64,000 nucleotides of DNA, taken from assembly GCA_022071945.1 (NCBI GenBank), contig JAJVIN010000002.1:104941-168940 (forward strand), in the 5' to 3' direction. The translations under genes were made by a program, and so were the position numbers. This document shows positions 45,641-53,398 of this stretch, piece by piece. Origin of the DNA: Thermoanaerobaculia bacterium. GTDB lineage: Bacteria > Acidobacteriota > Thermoanaerobaculia > UBA5066. Each line of letters starts with the position of its first letter. Within the stretch, counting starts at the first letter, position 1. The notes beneath the pieces were generated by a model that was not told the origin of the DNA, did not search any database, and was given only the letters and a program-made list of their open reading frames with translations.

Positions 45641-48160
45641 ATGAGCCTCGCTCGGGGTACTCGGCTCGGCCCCTACGAGATCCTCACCCCGCTGGGCGCG
45701 GGAGGCATGGGCGAAGTCTTCCGTGCCCGTGACACACGCCTCGACCGCGATGTCGCGGTAAAGGTCCTCCCGGACGGCGTCGCCGGCGACCCGAAAGCGC
45801 TCTCGCGGTTCCAGGCGGAGGCCAAAGCCGTCGCAGCCCTCTCACATCCCAACATCCTCGCCATTTTCGAATTGGGGGAGGTGGAAGGCACAACGTTCGT
45901 CGTCACCGAACTTCTCGAAGGACAGACCCTGCGCTCCGCACTCGCACAGGGAGCTCTCCCGGTCAAACGGGTGCTCGACATCGCAATCTCCATCGCAACA
46001 GGACTGGCAGCGGCTCACGAGAAAGGCATCGTCCACCGCGACATCAAGCCAGAGAACGTCTTTCTCACCAAGGACGGCCAAGCCAAGGTCCTCGACTTCG
46101 GCCTTGCCCGTCACGAGACCACCCTCCGCTCGGACGAGGACGCCTCCACCATCTCCGTCCTCACCGACGTCGGCACCGTCCTCGGGACCGTTTCCTACAT
46201 GTCCCCGGAGCAGGCCCGCGCTCTTCCCGTAGACCACCGTTCCGACCAGTTCTCCCTCGGCATCGTCCTCTACGAGATGCTGTCAGGCAGGCGGCCCTTC
46301 CGAGGAACCTCCAAAGCCGAGACGTTGGCGTCGATCATCCGAGACGAGCCGGAACCCCTGGAGAAGGCCGCGCCTGGACTGGCGGGTCCGGTCTGCTGGC
46401 TCGTGGAAAGGCTGCTCTCGAAGGAAGCCTCCCGGCGGTACGAGTCCACGCATGACCTTGTGCAAGAGCTGATGACGTGCCGTGTGCACTTGTCGGAAGG
46501 CAAGGAGCGGCCACCCGCACCTGCAAAGGTACCGGAACGCATCCCCTGGAAGCTCATCTGGTTGGCGGCAGCCGTGTCGACAGCACTCGTGGCCGGCTTC
46601 ATAGCCGTTCGCAGCGGACACCGCCCGCCGAGTTCTGGCGGCTCCGTGAGCCTCCTGGCCCTGCCGTGCAAGGTATACGGAGCGCCCGAGTTCGTTTTTC
46701 TCACTGATGCGGTGCCGGGAACGATCTCGACGCTTCTCAGCGGCATCGAGGGGCTCGACACGAAGGTCCCGCCCAGCAGCATGGATGTCGAGAAGGTCAA
46801 GGGCGATCTGAGCCGGCTTGCCGATCTGTATCAGGTCACTCTCTTTGTCGTCACGTCGGTGACCGCCGCGCCCGGGAGATTTGCTCTCAACGTTCAGCTC
46901 GTCGATGCTCGGACGAGAAAAGTGACGTGGGGAAAGCAGTATGAGGGGCCGCGCGAGACCTACAACGACCTTGCGAGGCAGTCAGCAGAAGGGATCCGGC
47001 AGGCGGTAAAGCCCTCCGCCTCGCCGATAGGGGACACGGGCCAGTCATCCGAAGCCGAGCTTGCATTCCGGCAAGGGAAGTACCTGTCAAACCGCTACAA
47101 CAACTTTCACAAGCCCACCGATTTCGATGCCGCGATGGAAGCGTTCACACGAGCACTCGCAATTGATCCTTCCCAGGCAGTGGCGGCCGCGGAAGCCGGA
47201 TTCCTGTACATCCTGAGGTTCGAGGGAGAAGGGGATGTGAACCACGCGCGGAAACAAGCAGAATCGTGGGCGCGCCGCGCCCTCGGTATCGACCCGCGTT
47301 GCGGGCAGGGCTGGGCAACTCTGAGCGGGGTCGAGCTGTATGCGGCACACCCTGACCCCGAGAGGGGTGTCGACTACGCAGTCAAGGCTGTCGCCTTTTC
47401 GCCACGGGAAGCCTGGGTCCACCTGAGCATGGGCCTGTGGGCTGCGAACCCGGGATCGACTTCGCTCTTCATGGCCGCAGTTCAACGGTCGCACGAACTC
47501 AACCCCTTGTATCTGTATGCGACCAGCAACATGGCGTTTGCTTTGACCTTGCGCGGAAGGCCACAGGAGGCGCTTCCAGTCATCGATCAGGCTCTGCAGC
47601 TTGAACCCGGCTGGCCCTACGGTTTCGCAACGCGAAGCTATGCACTGCTGCAACTTGGCCGTCTGGAAGAAGCCGAGAAGAGCCTGAAAAGCGCGGAGGG
47701 TGAGTACGCGGCGGCTTCGCCGGTTCATGAATGGTGCCGCCAGATCCGGCTGGCAATCGCTGCCAGCCGGAAGGACACTTCCGCTTTCGAGACTCAAGCC
47801 TGCAAGACCCTGCCTCAGCTCTTCGATGGCAGCGCGGATGGCAGCACCGTGGCGAACGCCGCTCAGTGCCTGGCTCCCAAGCTGGCGCGGTTCGGATGGA
47901 CCGACGACGCGATGAAGATTCTCATCCGAAGCGTCGAGGTCGGCGTGGCCCCACCCTATGACTGGCTTCTCACCGATCCTGATATCCAGCTCCTGCGCAC
48001 AGATCCGCGCTTCGCGGTGGTGATGGCGGGATCCCGGGAGGGCGCCGCCATGGTTGCGACGGCTCTCGATCAGGCTCGTGTACGCGGTGAGTTGCCGAGG
48101 TACCTCGAAAGACCTCTTGAAGAACTGCACGAACTTCTGAAGAGGGATTCGAAGAACTGA
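45641..48160 (+). CDS. Ser/Thr protein kinase with TM segment, periplasmic domain and C-terminal TPR repeats
   Basis: 839 aa. GAGGMGEVFRA, HRDIKPEN, DFGLAR. TM LIWLAAAVSTALVAGFIAV. GAGGAGG RBS. More A/T in third codon positions than neighbouring genes, by eye. Confidence 0.88.
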   Translation: MSLARGTRLGPYEILTPLGAGGMGEVFRARDTRLDRDVAVKVLPDGVAGDPKALSRFQAEAKAVAALSHPNILAIFELGEVEGTTFVVTELLEGQTLRSALAQGALPVKRVLDIAISIATGLAAAHEKGIVHRDIKPENVFLTKDGQAKVLDFGLARHETTLRSDEDASTISVLTDVGTVLGTVSYMSPEQARALPVDHRSDQFSLGIVLYEMLSGRRPFRGTSKAETLASIIRDEPEPLEKAAPGLAGPVCWLVERLLSKEASRRYESTHDLVQELMTCRVHLSEGKERPPAPAKVPERIPWKLIWLAAAVSTALVAGFIAVRSGHRPPSSGGSVSLLALPCKVYGAPEFVFLTDAVPGTISTLLSGIEGLDTKVPPSSMDVEKVKGDLSRLADLYQVTLFVVTSVTAAPGRFALNVQLVDARTRKVTWGKQYEGPRETYNDLARQSAEGIRQAVKPSASPIGDTGQSSEAELAFRQGKYLSNRYNNFHKPTDFDAAMEAFTRALAIDPSQAVAAAEAGFLYILRFEGEGDVNHARKQAESWARRALGIDPRCGQGWATLSGVELYAAHPDPERGVDYAVKAVAFSPREAWVHLSMGLWAANPGSTSLFMAAVQRSHELNPLYLYATSNMAFALTLRGRPQEALPVIDQALQLEPGWPYGFATRSYALLQLGRLEEAEKSLKSAEGEYAAASPVHEWCRQIRLAIAASRKDTSAFETQACKTLPQLFDGSADGSTVANAAQCLAPKLARFGWTDDAMKILIRSVEVGVAPPYDWLLTDPDIQLLRTDPRFAVVMAGSREGAAMVATALDQARVRGELPRYLERPLEELHELLKRDSKN

Positions 48161-48395
48161 CGACAGTGGAGGCGCGAGCACCTCGAGGCGCGACCGGACC
48201 CGCCATGAGCCGTGCATGAGGACCGTTATCGCAAGAGCCTGGACTTCGTTCGCAACAACGATCTCCTGGACCCTGGCCGGCGGTGCTCGACCTGAAACCC
48301 GTGCCCGTCACTCTCGGCGCCCAGTCCCTGCCGGGCCTGGCCGTTCCCATGTAACCCATGGCTTCCGGGCCCCGTCGACAGGTCCCGCTGCCGAG

Positions 48396-49811
48396 TCAGT
48401 CGATCGCGAGCGGCAAGACCAGCCGGAACGTGCTCCCCTTGCCGGGAGCGCTCTCGAACGTGACGCGGCCTCCGTGGGCCTCGGCCGTCCACTTGACGAG
48501 AGCCAATCCGAGACCAGATCCCGGGACGTCTCGAGAACGGCTCGGGTCGATCCGATAGAAGCGTTCGAAGATCCTGGATTGATGTTCCGTGGCGATCCCA
48601 GGGCCTTCGTCGGAAACCGACAGGTGGGTCCACGGGCCTTCCTTCGCTGTTCGGACCGTGATGGTGGAACCTGCCGGGGAGTACTTGATGGCGTTGTCGA
48701 GGAGGTTCATCACCGCGCGGCGCAGGGCCCGCAGGTCCCCTCGGACCCAGGCGGCTTCCTCGAGAAAGGTCTCGACCTCTTGCCCCCGATCCTCCGCGAG
48801 GACCGAGAGGTTCTCCGCGACCTCGCCGGCGATTGATGCGAGGTCGACTCTCTCCCTGGCGAGCTGGGCCTGACCCGACTCGGCCCGGGCGAGGGCGAGG
48901 AGATCGTCGGACACCCTGGCGAGCCGGTCGACTTCCTCGAGCATGGTCTCGACCGTCTCCTTGTAGTCCTGAGCGGTCTTCCCGTTTCTGAGCCCAACCT
49001 CACCGACGGTCTTCAGTGTGGTCAGAGGAGTTCGCAGCTCGTGTGAGGCGTCCGCCGTGAAGCGGCGCAGGTGCTCGAACGAGGATTCCAGCCGGGCGAG
49101 GGTCCCGTTGAAGGCGTCGCGAACCTGATCGACCTCGGCGCTGGAGTCTGGGATGTCGAGACGTTCTCTCAGCCATTCAGGACCGATCCCGCGTGCCAGT
49201 CCCGCGAGACGGGACAGCGGGCCCAGAAAAAGGCCGGTGACGAACCACCCACCCAGGGCGCCCGCCGACAGCACCACGAGCGAAAGGACTGCGAGTTCGA
49301 TCCAGAGTTCTCGGATCTGCTGCCTCACACCAGCTTCCGACACGGCCGCGCGGACCAGGAAACGCTCGCTGCCAACCTGGAGGGACTCGGACATCACGCG
49401 GACGGGGCCCGAGGGGAGATGGACGGTCTCGGGAGTTCCGTGGCGAGGATGTGGCCGCCCCGTCAACGGGGCGGCCATGGTGCCCGCGGAGAGGAGGGGT
49501 GTCTCGCGATCGCCGAAGACCTCCACGTAGTGGCCGCCCCCTTCTTCCTCGGCGATCTGCTTGCCGAGGAACCCCCCGGCCCAGGCGGGCTCGCCCGCTT
49601 CATCGAGCACGAGGGCCCGGCTCGCCAGTTCGATGTCTTCGTGAACTCTTCGGTCCAGGTCGGCATTCGCGTGCGAGGAGAAAGAGAACCCCACCGCAAC
49701 CGAGTAGGCCACCAGACAGGACCCGAGGAGCGCCACGTACCAGACAGTGATCCTCGTTCGGAGGCTCCGCCGGCGATGGAGGGGCGGAGGACCCTTCGCG
49801 AAACCGGTCAT
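48396..49811 (-). CDS. Sensor histidine kinase, heavy-metal (CusS/CopS/CzcS-like) subfamily
   Basis: 471 aa. N-terminal SLRTRITVWYVALL, two TM segments flanking a periplasmic loop, HAMP, H-box ADASHELRTPLTTL, and G boxes DEGPGI, GSGLGLALVK. Confidence 0.85.
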   Translation of the reverse strand: MTGFAKGPPPLHRRRSLRTRITVWYVALLGSCLVAYSVAVGFSFSSHANADLDRRVHEDIELASRALVLDEAGEPAWAGGFLGKQIAEEEGGGHYVEVFGDRETPLLSAGTMAAPLTGRPHPRHGTPETVHLPSGPVRVMSESLQVGSERFLVRAAVSEAGVRQQIRELWIELAVLSLVVLSAGALGGWFVTGLFLGPLSRLAGLARGIGPEWLRERLDIPDSSAEVDQVRDAFNGTLARLESSFEHLRRFTADASHELRTPLTTLKTVGEVGLRNGKTAQDYKETVETMLEEVDRLARVSDDLLALARAESGQAQLARERVDLASIAGEVAENLSVLAEDRGQEVETFLEEAAWVRGDLRALRRAVMNLLDNAIKYSPAGSTITVRTAKEGPWTHLSVSDEGPGIATEHQSRIFERFYRIDPSRSRDVPGSGLGLALVKWTAEAHGGRVTFESAPGKGSTFRLVLPLAID

Positions 49812-50524
49812 TCGTCCGTGTCGCGTGCGGTGAATCCGATCCCGCGGATGGTGTGAATGAGGCGGGTGGAGTGACCCTGGTCGACCTTGCGGCGGATGCG
49901 TCCGATGTGGACGTCGATGACGTTGTCGAGGGGCGTGCTGCGCTCCGTCTCTTTCCAGACGTCGCGGGCGATCATTTCGCGTGAGACCAGAGAGCCCCGA
50001 TGGCGGACGAGGTATTCGAGGAGAGCGAACTCACGGGAGGTCAGCTCGATTGGCGTGCCACCTCGCGAGACGGAGCGGCTCGGGATGTCGAGCACGAGAT
50101 CGGCGAGCGTGAGCCGCGTGAGCTGGTCGCCACGGCCCCGGCGCAGCAGAGCGCGCACGCGGGCGAGCAACTCGGGAAAGGCGAAGGGCTTCACGAGGTA
50201 GTCGTCAGCCCCCGCATCCAGCCCCGCGACACGGTCCTCTACGGCATCGCGGGCCGTGAGGACGAGAACGGGAGCCAGGACGCTCTTCTGACGGAGGGCT
50301 CTGAGGATCTCGAGACCGTCCCTTCCCGGGAGCATCCAGTCCAGGATGATGGCGTCAAAGAGACCGGTCGAGGCCTCGAAGAAGCCCGCCTCGCCGCTCA
50401 TGGCCACCGTCACCGCGTACCCCTCGGCCTCGAAGCCTGCCTGCAGGGCGCGGGCCACGCGTCCCTCGTCCTCGACGACGAGCAGGGACGGGGCGTCAAG
50501 ACCGGTCATTGGTTTCACGTGCAA
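49808..50524 (-). CDS. OmpR/PhoB-family response regulator, heavy-metal (CusR-like) subfamily
   Basis: LLVVEDEGRVARAL, AIILDWMLPGRDG, VLTARDAVEDRVAGLDAGADDYLVKPFAFPELLARV, and a winged-helix C-terminus. Stop overlaps the kinase start. Alternative start at 50509. Confidence 0.88.
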   Translation of the reverse strand: MHVKPMTGLDAPSLLVVEDEGRVARALQAGFEAEGYAVTVAMSGEAGFFEASTGLFDAIILDWMLPGRDGLEILRALRQKSVLAPVLVLTARDAVEDRVAGLDAGADDYLVKPFAFPELLARVRALLRRGRGDQLTRLTLADLVLDIPSRSVSRGGTPIELTSREFALLEYLVRHRGSLVSREMIARDVWKETERSTPLDNVIDVHIGRIRRKVDQGHSTRLIHTIRGIGFTARDTDE

Positions 50525-50565
50525 GAGTCATTCTAGCGAGACCTCCTTGCCCCGGGGGCACGAAC

Positions 50566-50593
50566 GGGAAGGGGGCCGCGAGGCCCCCTTTTC
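50566..50593 (-). terminator. Hairpin between the cytochrome gene and the response-regulator gene
   Basis: GGGGGCC gcga GGCCCCC, flanked by TTTTCGAAAA on the plus strand and TTCCCGTT on the minus strand. Confidence 0.5.
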
Positions 50594-50619
50594 GAAAACC
50601 AGAGTTTGAGGGGCGGGTT

Positions 50620-52464
50620 CTAGTCGTCGGTCGTGTGGGCCGAGACCGGCTCGGGAGCGTCCGCCGGCTTGGAACTGGAGAGCCGCTTCTGGGTCATCGA
50701 ACCGGCCTTGCTCGTGTCCCACCACTTGCCGCCCGGTCCGAAGTACGTCTTCAGGAAGTTGGCGTTGGAGACGTCGTGCGGCTGGTTCCAGACGGCGATG
50801 TCCGGGTCGAGGCCGAGGCCGGCGGAATTGACCTTCGTGCCGTGACACGAGACGGCGCAGGAGTTCGGCATGCCGCCCTTGTCCTGGTAGGTCAAGGTCT
50901 TCTCCGGTGCGATGACCTCGAACGTGTGGGAAGCGATATCCCAGTTCTCGGCCGTGGATGCGGTCTTCGGCATGTGGCAGTCGATGCAGCGCGAGAGACC
51001 CATCATCCGCTCCGGGGCGTACGGATGGTGCGAGTGCTCGGCGATGACCTTCCCGATCTTGTCGACGTTCTTGTCGTATTCGGCGACGTCTTCCTTCTTG
51101 ATCGACTCGAAGGGTCCGTGAGTCGCGTGGCAGGCGAGGCAGAGGGTGTTGTTGTCCTTCTTGGTCGGGATCGTGAGGCTGCCGTCGACGATCTTCTCCA
51201 CGAGCTGGTACGGGTTCGCCGTCTTCTTGTGCGGGTCGTGACACTCGGTGCACTTCACCGGGTGGAACTGGAAGGCGGGCTTGCCGGAGGCGTCGAAGTC
51301 GAAGGACTGCTGGTGGTGCTGCTTGGAGGTCTGACCGTCCGGCCAGCGGCCCGCCGCGTCGGTGTAGTAGGTCGAGAGAGCATCGCTCTTGCCGGGGTAC
51401 CAGGAGGTGCCGGTGTCGTCCTTGTAGGGCCACTCGTGGACCTTGCCCGGTACGGAGAAGACGCGGACGTGGCACTGGGCGCAGACTTCATTCGCCTTCT
51501 TCGTGTCCATCTTGGCGGGGTTGGCGATCTTGGCCGGATCGCCATTGCCGAAGATGTGGTTGGAGCCGGGGCCGTGGCAGGCTTCGCAGCCGATGTTCAG
51601 AATATCGAAGACGCCATCGCCGTCGAAGTCGAAGTAGTTCGGGTCGTCCGCCTTGTAGAGCGAGGCGACGTACGGACGGTAGAGATACTCACCGGCCGCG
51701 GTCTTCTCCATCTTGCGGATGCCGGTGGTGTGGCAGCCGATGCACTTCTTCGACTGTGTGCTCCCGTTCTTGGCCGCGAGGTCGCCCGCTGCGACCGCCT
51801 TGGTGAAGAGCGGAGCCTTCGACGTGGCGTCGTACCAGTTGTTGGGGTTGTAGAGAACGTAGCGAGCCCGGGCCTCGTTGAACTGGATCGGCGAGGTGTA
51901 TGCATCCTTCGAGAAGGTGCCGTCGGCGAGCGGGACCTTCAGGACGTACCGCTGCTTCCACGGGCCGTTGCCACCCTGCGTGTACAGGACCGGCATCTTC
52001 AGTTCGCCAATGCTCACGTAGTACGTGCCGCTCTCCACGGAGAGCTTCGGGGCGTTGGGCTTGTACGGGTCGAAGACCGAACTGATCGTGTTGAAGTCGA
52101 GCGCCTGGGCGAAGTCGTCGACACCGTTCTTGTCGTAGTCGTTCACGACGCCGAGGCCGGCCTTCATCGCGTACTGCGTCATCGGCCTCCGGTAGGCCTT
52201 GGCGTGCTTGGTATCGCGCCAGTGTGAGACACCGGGATGGCAGGCGATGCAATACTCCGAGCCGACGTACACTCCGGCCTCCATTTCGGCGTTCGTGTAG
52301 TAGCCCGAGAGTGTCTTCGCCAATGTACCGTTCTTCAGCACGCGCTGGGCCGTCAGCTCCACGGGTTGACCGTGGCTTGGCTCCAGAAGCGGCTTGTCCG
52401 CGGCCAGAGCTGGGATCGCGAGGGGGACGACGATGGCGAGAGCGAATCTCCGTAGATGTTTCAT
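50620..52464 (-). CDS. Secreted multiheme c-type cytochrome (7 CXXCH + 1 CXXXCH), not MtrC-like
   Basis: 614 aa from ATG 52464 (MKHLRRFALAIVVPLAIPALA), with GGAGAAGGAG upstream. Motifs CIACH, CIGCH, CEACH, CAQCH, CTECH, CLACH, CIDCH and CAVSCH. The track ORF N-terminal extension was rejected. Confidence 0.85.
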   Translation of the reverse strand: MKHLRRFALAIVVPLAIPALAADKPLLEPSHGQPVELTAQRVLKNGTLAKTLSGYYTNAEMEAGVYVGSEYCIACHPGVSHWRDTKHAKAYRRPMTQYAMKAGLGVVNDYDKNGVDDFAQALDFNTISSVFDPYKPNAPKLSVESGTYYVSIGELKMPVLYTQGGNGPWKQRYVLKVPLADGTFSKDAYTSPIQFNEARARYVLYNPNNWYDATSKAPLFTKAVAAGDLAAKNGSTQSKKCIGCHTTGIRKMEKTAAGEYLYRPYVASLYKADDPNYFDFDGDGVFDILNIGCEACHGPGSNHIFGNGDPAKIANPAKMDTKKANEVCAQCHVRVFSVPGKVHEWPYKDDTGTSWYPGKSDALSTYYTDAAGRWPDGQTSKQHHQQSFDFDASGKPAFQFHPVKCTECHDPHKKTANPYQLVEKIVDGSLTIPTKKDNNTLCLACHATHGPFESIKKEDVAEYDKNVDKIGKVIAEHSHHPYAPERMMGLSRCIDCHMPKTASTAENWDIASHTFEVIAPEKTLTYQDKGGMPNSCAVSCHGTKVNSAGLGLDPDIAVWNQPHDVSNANFLKTYFGPGGKWWDTSKAGSMTQKRLSSSKPADAPEPVSAHTTDD

Positions 52465-52510
52465 GCGCACTCTCCTTCTCCTTTCCTTGACCGTTGGTGG
52501 TCCGGGTGTT

Positions 52511-53398
52511 TCATTCGTCGAAGAGCTTCGGGTCGTGGTTGGACCCGTGGATGGCGATGTGGCAGGTCGTGCAGTTGCGGTAGCGGGGTTTCGTCTGGTC
52601 GTGTGACGAGCCGAGGCTCGTGTGGCACTCGAGGCACAGAGAAGAGATGGATCTGCGGGTGAGCATCCGCGGGTTGGTCGAGCCATGCGGGACGTGACAC
52701 GTCACGCACGCTCCCCCTGTCTCGCGTGGGGCGTGCGGAAAGACGAACGGTCCCGCCAGGTCGGTGTGGCAGTCGATGCAGGCCCCGCCGTTTCGAGCAT
52801 CGAGCAGCCGTCCCTGCCGGCCCTTGCCGTGGACCGAGTGGCAGTTCTTGCACTCGAAGGGGCGGCGGCCGTCTCGGTGGGCGTAGGGCAAGAGGGTCGC
52901 CGACTTCTGCTCCATGTGACACGAGCCGCAGAGGTCGTGCGAGCCCGCGATGAGCAGGGGAGTGGATCCAGGCTTCTTGTGGCCAGAGGCGTGGCACGAG
53001 AGGCATGCGACCTGACCGCGCGCATGTGCCGGTGACGAGAGCGAGACGTTGCCGGACGCGGCGTGGCAGGAGACACAGGCGGCCACTCCCGGGACTCGCC
53101 TGATGTTCTCCTTGGCCGGGCTCTCGAGGTGGGCGGCGGCGTTTCCGTGGCAGGCCACGCAGGAGTTCTGGAACAGAGACTCCGACGAACGCTTCATGGC
53201 CAGGCCGTGGGGACCGGCTGCCGTCCCGGTCACCTGCTCCTCGTGGCACGCGGCGCAGGTTTCGGCGGTCTGGGGAGTCTCTTCGGCGATGCCGGGAGAC
53301 GAGGTCCCCGTTCCGCGCTCGCCTTGCTCGCGCGGGCCCGGGGAGAGGAGAAGACCCAGGAGGAGGGTGATGACAGCGCGCATGATCAGAAGTCCCAT
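52511..53398 (-). CDS. Periplasmic decaheme c-type cytochrome, DmsE/MtrA family (second copy)
   Basis: 295 aa with ten CXXCH motifs. The C-terminus NCTTCHIAIHGSNHDPKL parallels NCTTCHTAIHGSNRSPKL of the first copy. Alternative start ATG 53383 (MRAVITLLL). Confidence 0.88.
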   Translation of the reverse strand: MGLLIMRAVITLLLGLLLSPGPREQGERGTGTSSPGIAEETPQTAETCAACHEEQVTGTAAGPHGLAMKRSSESLFQNSCVACHGNAAAHLESPAKENIRRVPGVAACVSCHAASGNVSLSSPAHARGQVACLSCHASGHKKPGSTPLLIAGSHDLCGSCHMEQKSATLLPYAHRDGRRPFECKNCHSVHGKGRQGRLLDARNGGACIDCHTDLAGPFVFPHAPRETGGACVTCHVPHGSTNPRMLTRRSISSLCLECHTSLGSSHDQTKPRYRNCTTCHIAIHGSNHDPKLFDE

